NCBI GenBank assembly: GCA_951406725.2
Contig: OX597825.1
Coordinates: 39,370,001 to 39,434,000, forward strand
DNA: 64,000 bases
Direction: 5' to 3'
Origin: Octopus vulgaris
Taxonomy: Eukaryota
Part shown: in pieces, positions 1 through 14,689 of the stretch
Numbering within the stretch: position 1 is the first letter of the stretch
Layout of the letters: each line of letters starts with the position of its first letter
Made by a program: the position numbers and the translations under genes
Notes under the pieces: generated by a model
Seen by the model: only the letters and a program-made list of their open reading frames with translations
Told to the model about the DNA's origin: nothing
Databases searched by the model: none

Positions 1-580
1 CAGGCAGAATATTTCACGTCTGCGAAAAAAAAAAATATGTTCAGTTGGAATGGATGCTTGTGTTTGTTCTAAAGCTTTGTAGTGCGGTCTTTCCTGCTGT
101 CATTGATGACTTGGAATAAAAATTGGCCCTTTCTCCTCTTGTATGGACATTACCGAATGTCTTCGTGCACTACCTACCTGACAAGAAACACATACACTCC
201 AATGTCACTGGCGATGGACCTGATTGACATTGAGGGATTGTTGTTAATCATGGTATAGACCTCACCAACAAATTCATGAGTTAATTTCTTATCAGAACGG
301 TCAGAGTGAATTTTCCGAGCTACCGTATCTTCGTTATCACCATTAGACTCATTCAACGTTTTCCAAATCCTCTGCTCTTTCCTCAGATTGACAAAAACGA
401 TACTCTTAAATGTTTGTATTGAAACTTCCAGTATGCCGAGCAGTACAGCATATCCTTTCCAAATTTCTGGCAGAGTGAATGGTGTCATTTTGCTATGTTT
501 CTAACAGACGGTACCCAAATTATACTACTTGACAAATCAAAAACAAACAATGTGCATACACAGAATCATCGCACCGTACA
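1..580 (-). mobile_element. Decayed Tc1/mariner transposon, maT/DD37D-like, 5' part
   Basis: ORF 174-488 contains EFVGEVYTMINNNPSMSIRSIASDIGV (HTH). It continues through stops as VVHEDIR..YKRRKGQFL...KHPFQLNIFFFFAD toward the first catalytic D and runs off the window edge. Confidence 0.75.
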
Positions 581-588
581 TTTACATA

Positions 589-621
589 AATACATACATA
601 CATACATAGATATATACATAT

Positions 622-699
<78 letters not shown>

Positions 700-845
700 A
701 AGAGAGAGAGAGAAAGAGAGAGAGAGAAAGAGAGAAAGAAAGGGAGAGATGGATAGATAGATAAATAGATAGATAGATAGATATATAGATAGATTGATAG
801 ACAGATATACGCATATGCATGTATGTATGTATTTATATATGTATG
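589..845. repeat. Compound microsatellite (TACA)n/(TA)n/(GA)n/(GATA)n
   Basis: Seen directly in the sequence. Confidence 0.95.
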
Positions 846-1403
846 TGGAAATATGTTCGTGTCCATGTGAAATACCCCCTCGAAATATTGCAGCAATATA
901 CAGAATAGGCCTTTTTATTACTGAAATACTATTAGGAATTGCCTTCTCATTTGTATTTCTTGTGTCCTACATCAAGTATTTTAGAGCTTCTACACTATTG
1001 CATATTGGTATCCACTTACAGCATAAACGACTTCATGCTACGTCACGGAAAATCAAGATGGCAGTGTGGTAACTCATGTAATATGCAGTTTTCAATTGAG
1101 GAATAACTCTCATTTTAGTCGTCAGCAACGATTGAACGAAATTTCGTTTCAAAGTAATCGTTGCAATGTATTGTATAATTATTACTTTCTGTCATTGATG
1201 CAGTTATTGATTCACAGCAGCATACATATATGTGTTGCTTTTGTATCTGTTGTTTAATCGGAAGTAAATTAATGTCCACTTTTAAATATCATATTATTTC
1301 ACATGTCCCACACCTCAGGCTATCATATTTCTGATACGTTAATTTTACTCTGCTTTATTGTATTGTGATCGTAACATAAATGTTTTGCTTGGTGTCATAA
1401 ATA

Positions 1404-2592
1404 CGAGGGGTGTATGAAAAGTCTTGAGCCTCAAAAAAGCAAAACATGGTACACAATTTCTGATGATTTATTTTTTAACATAATCCACCTCGATGCTAAA
1501 ACGCCATTATCCCGGCGTAAAAGAACTCTCATTTGAGACTCCATGAAACTTCCTACAGCGTCTATGACATCATTGTCACTAGCAAAATAGCGACCAGCTA
1601 GAGATGTTTTGCATTTTGGGGAATAGATGAAAGTCAGAGGGTGCTAAGTCTGGCGAATAAGGCGGATGGGGAAAAAGTCAGTGTCTACAATCACAAAGTG
1701 TTACCATGGCAACCACTGAGGTGTGAGCTGAAGCATTGTCATGATAAAAAGGGACTCGTCTGGTGAGGATTCACTGCATTTTTTCTTTGATTGCTTCTCG
1801 GAGGCGTTTCAGTAACACGGAGTGACCCCTTTCAACATGATTGATCAACAAAACACCTTGAGAATCCCCCAAAACGAACGTTATGACTTTGCCAGCTGAA
1901 TGAATGATCCTGTCCTTCTTTGGGGTAGTAGAAGATGAATCTAAATTCGTTTTCGTCCATAGTAATAAAACGAGCAAGAACATTCTCTCAATCGGCTGCA
2001 AACACATCCACATTGCTCGTAGAGAAAGTGTACGCGGTGTATTTCGGTTCACGAGTCAAAAGGCAAGGGATCCACCCTGTGGAAACCTTTGGGAACCCAC
2101 GCTTTTTGTCACAATGTTGTCTGCTCTTTCAATTGAGATAGCTACGTTCTTGGCTATCTGTCGATCCTATATTCGGCGATCTTCCATTATCATACAAAGA
2201 GCAAGGTCAAGGTTGTCCTTGGTGGTTGCCGTTGGATGACGGTCTCCCCGGTCAGGGATCATCCTCCACATTCTCCCTACCATGTTTGAATTCATTTCCC
2301 CAGCGTTTGAAAGTGTATTGTTTGTTAAGGTTCTCACCATATCTTTCTCACCATGCCTTTCAAATGAAGGTACTTTATGACAGCACGATACTCAGTTTTC
2401 TCCATTTACCTTGTAACCTCGACATATGCTTATTCAAAAATCTTCAACAAAATAAAAGAATAAATAAAAATATCAGAATCATAAAAATTAGCTAAAATAC
2501 TCCGAAAAGACTATGCTTGCCAGAAAAAATTGTATCAGCTATCTGGCAACCCCGTTTTTAGGTTACGCTCAAAATTTTGCATACACCCCTCG
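1404..2592 (-). mobile_element. Full-length decayed mariner (DD34D), about 1.19 kb, TA target duplication
   Basis: TIRs TA|CGAGGGGTGTATGAAAAGTCTTGAGC and GCTCAAAATTTTGCATACACCCCTCG|TA. Minus-strand motifs SAGKV, LLKRLREAIKEK and HPPYSPDLAPSDFHLFP; the ORF is broken. Confidence 0.92.
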
Positions 2593-3295
2593 TAAATAAT
2601 CGTCTCCGTCTTGTGTTAACATTTCGCTTAAAAGAATATGCTGACAGAAAATGACCGATTAGAAATCATATATTCATAGTTTATATTAGATCACAGTTAT
2701 ATAAAATTAAATTTTTACAGTGGTTTCTTGTTTCGTATATTACCTCAAGCATTGTGTTGATTTTGGGTAAACAGAAGTGATGGTACATGTTTCTGTGTAT
2801 TATGGGTGTATTTTATCTAAATTCAATTAATTATTAATTTTGTTGTTCATAGTTAAACGTTCAAATTCATGTTATGTAACGTGACGTTGGAATTTACAGT
2901 TATAATACCGGTTTTTCAATGATATTGTCATTTATAATTGACCAATATTCCAAAATGTTCACGCAAACTAAACCACTGTATTTAGTTATAAACTTTGATG
3001 CATACATACTCACACACACACCACACATACATACAAATAGAAAGACACACATATGTAAGGAAACAAGAACTTGGAAATATTGTGGAGTCAATATTTTCAA
3101 AATGCTTAACTCTAAAATGTATCTCACATCAACACAGCTTCAGGCTTACCTTACACACACGCGCGCGCGCACACACACATACACAAACACACATCCACAC
3201 ACACAAACACACACGCAAACACTCACACATACATACACTCACACATACAAAACACAAATACACACAAGCATATATATGCATATACGTATTCATAT

Positions 3296-4887
3296 AGAGC
3301 AGAAATTCTTCGCTTGCATATTTGAGTTTGTTGCCACTGTTTAGTTTCGAGCAGATCTTCAGAAGCGATAACAAGCCGAAAGGGTATGCTCCCACTTTCA
3401 GTGTTTTCAAATCCAAACCAGGGAATTCTGAGCTGATGATAGAAGTGTCGATTTTGACTAATCTTGAAACGTACGTTCTCAAATAACCTTTGCAATTGAT
3501 TTTTTAATGTCTCTACCCCCATACTTTTGTGAGTTGAATTGAGCAAACACTATATGAGAGAGGTTTTCTTTAAGTATTGGAAATAGTTTTTAAAAAGTTT
3601 TTTTTAGCTGCTATTTCTAATGTGTTCAGTATGCGGCAAATTAATTTATTTTACTAAGCCCTTTTATATAATGTAATAATTTGAATTCGCCTTAAATGGT
3701 CCCTTTGCATACTGAATACTTGGTGAAATTGATTAATTAATTAATTTTACCCTCAATTGTTGAAATTATAATTCATCTCTCTCTACTTAATGTCTCGGAT
3801 TTTACCGAAAAAAGCATAGTGTTTGCTGATTTTAACCCACGCTGGTGGAAAGGGGAGAGCAGAAATTCTTCGCTTGCATATTTGAGTTTGTTGCCACTGT
3901 TTAGTTTCGAGCAGATCTTCAGAAGCGATAACAAGCCGAAAGGGTATGCTCCCACTTTCAGTGTTTTCAAATCCAAACCAGGGAATTCTGAGCTGATGAT
4001 AGAAGTGTCGATTTTGACTAATCTTGAAACGTACGTTCTCAAATAACCTTTGCATTTCATTTTTTAATGTCTCTACTCCCATACTTTTGTGAGTTGAATT
4101 GAGCAAACACTATATGAGAGAGGTTTTCTTTAAGTATTGGAAATAGTTTTTAAAAAAAGTTTTTTTAGCTGCTATTTCTAATGAGTTCAGTATGCGGCAA
4201 AGTAATTTATTTTACTAAACCCTTTTATATAATGTAATAATTTGAATTCGCCTTAAATGGTCCCTTTGCATACTGAATACTTGGTGAAATTGATTAATTA
4301 ATTAATTTTACCCTCAATTGTTGAAATTATAATTCATCTCTCTCTACTTAATATCTCGGATTTTACCGAAAAAAGCATAGTGTTTGCTGATTTTAACCCA
4401 CGCTGGTGGAAAGGGGAGAGCATAAATTCTTCGCTTGCATATTTGAGTTTGTTGCCACTGTTTAGTTTCGAGCAGATCTTCAGAAGCGATAACAAGCCGA
4501 AAGGGTATGCTCCCACTTTCAGTGTTTTCAAATCCAAACCAGGGAATTCTGAGCTGATGATAGAAGTGTCGATTTTGACTAATCTTGAAACGTACGTTCT
4601 CAAATAACCTTTGCATTTGATTTTTTAATGTCTCTACCCCCATACTTTTGTGAGTTGAATTGAGCAAACACTATATGAGAGAGGTTTTCTTTAAGTATTG
4701 GAAATAGTTTTAAAAAAGTTTTTTTTAGCTGCTATTTCTAATGAGTTCAGTATGCGGCAAAGTAATTTATTTTACTAAGCCCTTTTATATAATGTAATAA
4801 TTTGAATTCGCCTTAAATGGTCCCTTTGTATACTGAATACTTGGTGAAATTGATTAATTAATTAATTTTACCCTCAATTGTTGAAAT
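3296..4887 (+). mobile_element. Tandem array of about 2.85 copies of a 561-bp non-coding unit with one HHR per unit (retrozyme/PLE pLTR-like)
   Basis: Near-identical units (AGAGCAGAAATTCTTCGC at about 3296, 3856 and 4417), flanked by TA-rich microsatellites. Confidence 0.9.
3429..3481 (+). ncRNA. Type I hammerhead ribozyme (further copies at about 3989-4041 and 4550-4602)
   Basis: TGAG-CTGATGA-(stem II with GTC/GAC hairpin)-GAAAC-GTAC-GTT-CTCA. Stem I is TGAG/CTCA, loop III is the palindrome GTAC, and the cleavage triplet is GUU. Confidence 0.8.
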
Positions 4888-5559
4888 ATATACATATATA
4901 TATATATACGTGTGTATATATGTATATATATATGATATGTATATGATATATATGCATGTATATATGTGTATATGTATGCATGTAATTATAAAACAAATAC
5001 GAACCAATATGTACAGTTTTATTATAATGATTATATTGTAAGTATGTACTTTGATACGAGCAATGGATATTTATTCAATATTGTTAAATATTATTATTTG
5101 CCTGCAACGTTTCAAAATTCAAAGGGATCTCAGTAAATAAATTAAATATATATTGAAGATACAAAATTATACAACAGTTATATTGTAATGAGAATAAAAC
5201 GACAAGATTCGAATTAAAATGAAATGAAGCATTTGACATGAGGCATCACATTAATGCTATAATGCAGAAATATACAATGAATGCATAATAACATGCATTA
5301 CGGCAAAATCTAAAGACGTATATCTATGTATACATACAAACATACATACACAGGCACGCATACGAACACACATACATACACACACACATCCACCCTCCTA
5401 CGAACGCACACATATATGTATATATATATGCATGTATGTATTATATATATATATATGTATGCATGTATATATATATGTATGTATGTATATAATAAATTAA
5501 AAATAAAATAATAAATAAACAAATAAATAAAACATATGCATATATACATACATATATGG

Positions 5560-6245
5560 ACGTACCTACCTCTACATGTATATATACATGCATATATGGG
5601 TACAGGACACCAAAAAAACGTCGAACACAATGGGAAATGAAAACATAAACACATAACTAAGGAAATGGACATTTTTCTTGAACAACGAAAAATAGAGTAC
5701 AGGACGTACAAAACAAGGAAATTTCCCCTTCTTCAGTCGCCTTTGTTTCATCTACTCCACGTTTCGAAAGTCAAGGCGATACATGACTTTAATGAAACAA
5801 TTCTTCCCGCGAAAATCAAATTAAATAAAATTTGAGATTTTTTTGCGGAGGGGTAAAAATGGTAACAAAACAGGACAGTAACGACAGTACAAAATATAAA
5901 CAGTAGAAGACAGGACAAGGAGAATAACAGTAACACAAACAAGAAGGGCTGTTAAGCCGAACGAAATAAAATTTATTACGAACGCTATTTTTTGAGAATG
6001 GCTAGAGAACAACAGATGTGCCGTCTCTACTTGAAGGTAGCCAGGAGAAGAAAGACAGTAGCAGAGCTTTCGTCGCGTGTCAACGACGGGAGGGGGGAGG
6101 AGGAGTAAGAGAAAGGGAGAGAAAAAAGGGAATGGTTGTAGAGAAAAGAATGAAGTATGAGAGAGAGGGAGAGACAGTAAGGTAGAAGAAAAGGAAAACC
6201 AAAAGAATGAAGGCTGAGAAAGGGAGGGGGAGAGAAAGGTTAGGA
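5560..6245 (-). mobile_element. Probable PLE 3' tail remnant: pyrimidine-rich tract, hairpins and a hammerhead-like motif
   Basis: The minus strand is pyrimidine-rich, like the tail after the GIY-YIG at 62.4 kb. GAAAC..GTA and CTGAAGA motifs lie at 5730-5765. Confidence 0.45.
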
Positions 6246-6365
6246 GATTGCATCATTATTAATATTAAGAACAATCTTACTTAGATATGGATGCGTGCGT
6301 TCCGTCATATGATAAATAAAGCATATGCATATATATACATATGTATGTATGTATGCATGTATTTA

Positions 6366-6406
<41 letters not shown>

Positions 6407-7900
6407 ATGTATGTATATAAATTAACCTGATTGAAATACGAAGCGGTATTTTTCGCGGTGGTAATTTCTATTACCAATTCCTTTAGAATACAATAAATAT
6501 GGAGGAAATTAGAAATTGTTATTGATTGTAGTATACATTTCGTTCTCTGGATCTCCGATGTATTTCCTAGTTATTCGATGCCCTATGCTATACAGAGATT
6601 TTTTCTATGTGTTGGATAATAAAATTTCTTGGAGAAAACACTCAAAAAATAGGTGCATTATTTTTCTGAATAGAAGTGAATAGCGTCCTCTTGCTATACG
6701 TCACTTTGTACGTTATTCTGTATATTCTAATACAAAATATACATTAATTTAACATATTTATTCACTTATACCTGGCATTGTGATTACAATTATATAATTT
6801 CCAATGCTGCTTATATTTGTTCTTTACTTCATGCTCTGTTGTTCATTGATTGTTGTATTATAGGATGACACTTCAAATTATGTATGCATATTTCATCATC
6901 TTTCAACTTTGTTATATAAATGTTTGAACAGATTACAGTAAGTTTTCATTTATCTAGAATAATGAAACTATATCATCATTTAAATGCATATGAATTAATT
7001 ATGCACAATTCAATATTTCTAGATGTTGCCAAAACAAATACAGAATTATATGAGCTCTGATAATTGATCAGAAATTTTAATTAGCTATTACTGTTATATA
7101 TAACTTTGTTCAAAATGTCTGATATGATTGACTATAATAAGGCATATGCATAATCTTAGGTCACACACACACACACACACGCATATACAAATATATTCAC
7201 ACATATTTTCATATAGATAGCCCTAGAAATATATATTTATGCATACATATGCACACACAAAAATCCACCTAAGCTAAAGTGAACAATCACTACTCTAGCT
7301 TCAAATCCCAAACAAAATCTGACAGTGCATCCTTATATTAACTCATCTGTAAACAAACGCTTGATTCAATTCTTTAAACTCTCAAACGTTTGACACCCAC
7401 GCCAAAACGTACTGCCAATATAACAAGTGCGATCTATGCATAGCCGACGTCATGGATATTTTGCAAGCCACAGACTGTCTCAATGCACGCAGCAGTATGA
7501 TATTCACCTGCAAAGAACGGGCATTAAATCTATTCTCCAAATACAAATAATTACCAACTCACTCATGTCTTCCCCTATCTCTCATCTAATATAATAATGT
7601 GCGTAGTCTCTTTATATATTTGAATGCACACACACACACACACATACACACATAATATTTGTCCACAATCAAGCAGGACGCCGAAGAGAGAAAATATTAT
7701 TTCAGGGAAAAAGTAGTGAGGAAGGGATGGTAGATGAATTAGGAAGGAAGGAGTGAATGTTATCATCGGTTCAACTTTGCGTGAATATACGTATGTGTGT
7801 GCGTGTACAAGGGAAGTATGTGAACGTGTGATTATTATGTACCATATTTGCACATTATTTATATATAAAATAATACAATTTGCCGGCACGTGGTCAGCTA

Positions 7901-7939
<39 letters not shown>

Positions 7940-7942
<3 letters not shown>

Positions 7943-8655
7943 CCCACTCATCTACCCTCATAACCATTTTCTATTAAACCAAAATGTTCTTCTCTCCTTA
8001 TATTTCTTCTCCTCCCCTCCTACCTCCTCCACCCCTAAAATCACAAATACATACACCTACATACACATCCACCAAAAATATTTCTCCCCCATCTCCCCTT
8101 CAATTTATCTTCTTTTCAAATACCAATCCCACTATTAACTCTTTGATTAAGCTAAACTAGTATATTTTCTACTACTGACCTACCCAATTCCTCATTCTCA
8201 CTCCCCTATAGTTTATTTTATCTATTTATTTATATTTTCTTTCTCTTCTTTCTTCTAATACGCATTTCTCCCTACATTGTTATAGCCCTCATATACTATC
8301 CTCTCAACAAGTTGTGACTGAATCCTTTTTGCGTCAATATGTACCTTCTTGCGACAATATAGCTTTTAATCTAATCAAGATATCCTTGGTCTGAAGAGTG
8401 GCCGGTGATACACACCACGCTTGTATTTTACATTTCCTGAGCTTCCATTCGCTATGAAACATATGTAGCCCAGATGTTTCCTAAACCATTCCGTAACGCT
8501 TGTATTCTTTTTTTGTACACACGGCAAACCCTGTTGCCTACCAAGGAATATAAAAATAACGTTTTTTCTATTCATCATTCTTCGATGAACAAAAATAATC
8601 CGCAATCTTCCGTTTCAATAAAGAACTATTGTTCCTAAAAATTGTTTTTTTTTTA
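7940..8655 (+). mobile_element. PLE-like 3' tail/pLTR between (TA)n tracts
   Basis: C/T-rich leader followed by the HHR at 8385-8473. Confidence 0.55.
8385..8473 (+). ncRNA. Type I hammerhead ribozyme
   Basis: CTTGGT-CTGAAGA-GTGGC...GCTAT-GAAAC-ATAT-GTA-GCCCAG, with palindromic loop III ATAT and a GUA triplet. Confidence 0.75.
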
Positions 8656-8721
8656 TATATGTATTACGGATTGCTCAAAGGTAAGTTTCTTCCTACACCT
8701 CGTTTCCTGTATCTTACATTT

Positions 8722-9717
<996 letters not shown>

Positions 9718-10631
9718 GGCAAATCAAACAATGGAAAACTTAAGCCAATACATAACATTATTGAGTGTGAGTGTGTGTGTATGTCTGTCTTTCTGTCTGT
9801 GCCTCTCCTAAATTCAAATTAGGCATTTTGCACGATGAGAGAATAAAATATTTATCTCAACATGAATGCATTTTAGAAAGAAAGATTAATGAGCGACTTT
9901 CTTATGAATGCTCTATATTTCCTTACTAACTTTAGGAGGTCGCTCACATCATCATCATCATCATCATCATTGTTCGACCGTGGTCGAGACAATGGAATGT
10001 ACCATGCTACGCCAGACTTCACGGTCCATCATGGTCGCTCACAACCTTGTGACATATATGTTATGCATCTAATTATTATTTTATGATATGACAAATTATT
10101 GATAAACGTTAAATTAATTATTCATAAATGCAGAATACGAAACATTGTATATAAAATTATATAAATTTATGTCTGATTTTACTTGTACATGGATACGTGC
10201 ACATACTTCATATGAAAGTTTTGTCTCTTTCTGCTCTATTCATTATCTCATTAGCGAATTTATAACGGCAAATGCAACGGAAGTTGCATAACTATATATT
10301 AATAATAAGCTAAAATATCGTATTCGGTAATAAAGGGATTTGCAAGACACAATTTGTTCACGTTCTCGTGATATATTTTTTGTCGAGTAACAGGTTCAAT
10401 GCTACTTAATTTTATCAATCCAGTTAAAGATGAAACGCAAAACTGCTCTAAGTGATTACGGCATCAGAACATACTCCCTCGCAAACGAATAATGCCTTGT
10501 ATTCTGCTTCTTGCTCTTCTCCTTTTTCTTTATAAAAGATTAATACTTCAATAGCTCGTTTTAGATACACCAAAGAAAAGTTAAATGTGTCACTTATGTC
10601 AGAGTGATTATTAATAAGGTAATTCATTCGA

Positions 10632-10729
10632 TATTCATGGCGTAGGGGTTAAGAGCACGGGCTAATAACACCAAGATTCCGAGTTCGATTCCAGACAGTG
10701 ACCTGAGTAATAATAATAACAATAATAAC

Positions 10730-10767
<38 letters not shown>

Positions 10768-10786
10768 CAACAACAACAACAACAAC

Positions 10787-10832
<46 letters not shown>

Positions 10833-10990
10833 CCAACAACAACATCGAAAAATACATTAGGAATGAGAACCCAGGTTCGAAATTTCCTCAAGACACCTGA
10901 TGAAGGCTGGAGGGTATATCAACCGAAACGATGTGTTAACAACAAGCAAGATGAGGACAAATATCCCTCGTGTGTAAATAATGTATAAAT
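10632..10990 (+). mobile_element. SINE-like unit: tRNA-derived head + (AAT/AAC)n + HHR tail, homologous to the PLE tail at 30340-31040
   Basis: A box TGGCGTAGGGG at 10637, B box GTTCGATTCC at 10683, microsatellite 10708-10843, then ACAC-CTGATGA-AGGCTG..CAACC-GAAACGAT-GTGT. Confidence 0.8.
10893..10936 (+). ncRNA. Minimal type I hammerhead with U16.1 mutated
   Basis: Stem I is ACAC/GTGT, core CTGATGA, stem II GGCTG/CAACC. It reads GAAACGAT here versus GAGACGTT in the 30.4-kb homologue, suggesting an ancestral GAAACGTT. Confidence 0.6.
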
Positions 10991-13900
10991 TTAGTGACCA
11001 TCACAATTTCATTAAGATTATGTGATTTGCTGAATATTACTTAGCTGTGATAACTGTAGTTTTTCTTTTCTCCTGTGAGAGGGATAATTTTATCAATCTT
11101 GTTTTATAGGAAGGGACTATATTTCAAAATGAACTATAATCTAAATTCGTCTTTATATTTTTACTATGCTTTCGATGAAAATAATGTCTTAAAATAGATC
11201 ACATGTTTCAATTATCAACTGCAGCATAGACTGATACTAGAATGTGATGGCCTTTAAATTATCTTAAACTGTAAGTTATCTAAAATATCATCATTGTTAT
11301 ATATACAATTTCTCTATGAAATTCTTTGATAGTATACCACCGTTATATCATGTGCAAATATGCTAATCGTTATCGAATTTAGAGATGCTATCTGATATGA
11401 TTATTACTGTAGAAGCGTGGAAAAAATTAACTTTTCTTCATTCTATATAAAATGTGAAGAAACCAATTCCTATCTTTTACTCGAAAGCAATTGTTAGCAT
11501 GCAATTATCATTTCTTAGATCTTTAGCCATTGTCTGGGGTGAATGAAGCAAATGTTAAAGGAAATGATAACATATACAAAACTCGCTTATACATTTGAAA
11601 TTAATAATTGATACACCACGCATATCAGTATTTTCGACAAGCATCGATAAATTGTTTCAAATGTTTGGTATATTATATTTTTTCCAACTGTCAAGCAAGG
11701 AAATCCGTGTACATGTGGAGCTCAAACATTCAAATCAAAGTATTAACTTAAAGATTTTAAAATCATATTTGACCGGAAAAAATATTTTACTTGAAGGGCG
11801 ACTCAATCAGAAAGAACATAAATAAATATGCATGGCACTCTTTATAACTTTGAAAGGAGGTAACAGCACAACTATAGTTACTATATAATTCCTTCAACGT
11901 TAAGGATGGATGGATTATGGCGCTGTGAGTTTAATCACGGAAATATAAAATATTATTTACTCTTTCTTGTCATATAATAATAGCTTAGCCTCGTTTTGTA
12001 TTGAAATGATCCTATTCAACAACATGGCTCATGTGATTCTTCAATCTGTTCCATTGTTGCTAAACAAAGCATCCCTTATTAACTGCAGAACACATTTACC
12101 TGAAAACTCTGATGCGTTAAATAATTACAGTATGCTTAGTAAACATTTTCAATGGGAAACCTTTACAGAATTAAAACGAATATTTTGGTTTATTTCTTTC
12201 CTATCACATATTTTCTTTAATTTATCACGCAAATATCTCGATACGTCTTCACTGATGATTATATTTGGTTTTGTGGCTTCAACTTTATTTTGGTGTCAAT
12301 AACCTCATGGAAATGAGTTTACTTTTTTATTTTATTATTCATTTTAAAAATGTTTTGTTTATTTATGTTTCCATTCCCTGGCTCAGATTCGTGCAAAACA
12401 TCTGAAAATATAAAGCAAATTTTTAATTGTTGATTCGTTACTAAAAATGTACCGTAACTACAAATGAAAAGATGAATTGTATTAATGAATTTCATGACTG
12501 TTTAAATATTGCAAACGATGATCTCAGTTAAACATAGTAGAAGTAAATGGTTTCAGTGAAATTATATTCTTTCCTCCTTTGCTTAGTGATCGCTCTCCCT
12601 ATATTTGTATTTCCAGAATATATCTCGACAATTAGAACATTACGAACTATTTTTTAAATTTACTTTTGCATGTATGTTGAGAGGATTATTCTGTGTATAA
12701 TGATGCTCGTCCATATGATACACTGTCTAAATGTTACATTCAGTTCTAGAGAAAGTGCGAAATGTTAGCTTCAACAAGACTATCTACCATCGAAATAATA
12801 AATGCTGTTATCACATGTACAGCCAAGGAACAGTGACATATAAATAGAAGCGAATATGCATATCGGGTACCAGTGTAACAAATAATTATTACACATTCTA
12901 TCTGACAATCGCTAAGTAAATAAATTGTTACATTTCAATGACCTCCTCTGTAATATAATTGGAATTTAAACTTTAAGGAGTTTCGAAATTGTATATGACT
13001 GCCATCGACATTCTGTGACAATCATGACAAAGAGTGCATAACTTAAAACTCTTGTACACCAAAAAGAAATGTATGGATATTAACATTTGTGCGCCAATTT
13101 AATGTTAATTTTCATCATTAGGGTCAATAATATCGTTGGTTGCAATATCTTACTTCTGGTTTCAAGTTAGAGGACTTTTATCTGGTATTATTTTAGACGC
13201 TTTTTAATGAGCTATTACTAGAGAATAATTTTGAGGAATATCTGTTAGCAGAGTGTGCTACAAAAATTCCAAAATCATATAAGGAAAATGAATATTGCAT
13301 TAATTGTAAAGCATAATGTAACGCATTGCCAGTTGTCATATGTTTACATTTTTACATATATCTATCGCTGCTGGATAGAGATATAAATTTAAAATAAATT
13401 ATTCACTAGCGTAGTATGCAATTAAATCCCGCAGTAACTGAATTCAATTACATTTTCCAAGAACATTAACGATTCAATTAATCCACTCCATTTATATACT
13501 GCTAATGGAAACACATTTGATTTATCAGCTATCGCGGTTTTGCGTGTTGTCATCACAGAGGGAAGTATTTTCCCTAAATGGACATCACAAGATCAATTCA
13601 AGCTTCCTGTAAAATATTCTTTCTACTCGTACCAGGTGGCAATCGCAATTTTACAAATCGTGACATTTTAGTTCTGTTAATCAAACTACTCACAGCATTT
13701 CAATGTACACATACATTGCTCTCTTGTAAAGGTTTGCATATAGATATGAAATAATTTCATATTAGATATGAATAACTGCGATATAAAAATTAATATTTTC
13801 ACAGTATATGACACATATTTTCCAAGAGAATATTTTAATATATACAGTTAAAAATATCTATCATTAGACGCGGAATATTATTCAGTTTTTACCAACGTTT

Positions 13901-14508
13901 GATATTAGGATATTTATATTATGTTTTATTAAGCATAGACACTTTAGTGAAATCTATAGAAGTTAAATAAATATAAGTTACAAGACGACGCATTAAACTG
14001 AAAGCTAGGAGTCTGATTCTTACATGAGATTTGAAGCGATGTGTATTTTGTAAGTAATGTAGTCTGAAATGCTTCGCGTAAGCATTCCCATCATTCTCAG
14101 GAAATCGGAATACTTAACAATAGATGCAATTTTGCTGATTTTATTTTAATATAATATTATTATAAGTAGATGTCTCCAAATAATTATAGCTTGATACATC
14201 AGTCAGTCTAAAGGATTTATGACACAGGGAGAATTGAAATACATAAGGGAGATAAAACACATTACAACAAACCCGGTGGTGAAAATAATTTTTCTTGGAG
14301 CATACAGCATCTAGCAACACGCGAAGTATGTTAAGATACTTAAATTTCTATATAATTTGCTTCAGAGATTCATGATAGGAAAACCTATCAAATGACACAG
14401 TTACCACTTGGCATAGACACCTCACAAGCCAGAATACCCAGAGTGTAACTATCTTTTTCTCAGTCATATGCATATATGCATTTTGTATATTTGTGTATAC
14501 ACACACAC

Positions 14509-14562
<54 letters not shown>

Positions 14563-14689
14563 GCATGAATATTTTGACCACATTGCAGTTGTATTTCTCA
14601 AGTACCCTGTTGAGATAAATGGATCTGTTAAATGAAACCCTAAAACAGTAGGTACTCCTAAAAAAAGGTTCGATGTGTATCGTGGTTTA

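Noticed and set aside
1065-1130. Minus-strand CTGACGA...GAAA hammerhead candidate
   Set aside because: Stem I pairing is poor and there is no repeat context.
3129-4667. Repeated 75-117 aa ORFs as a tandem gene cluster or CRISPR-like array
   Set aside because: No recognisable domain, they overlap on both strands, and they simply follow the 561-bp unit. There are no short repeats with unique spacers.
10632-10705. Genuine tRNA gene (also 29157-29230)
   Set aside because: A and B boxes are present, but there is no proper acceptor stem or poly-T terminator, and both continue into repeat bodies.
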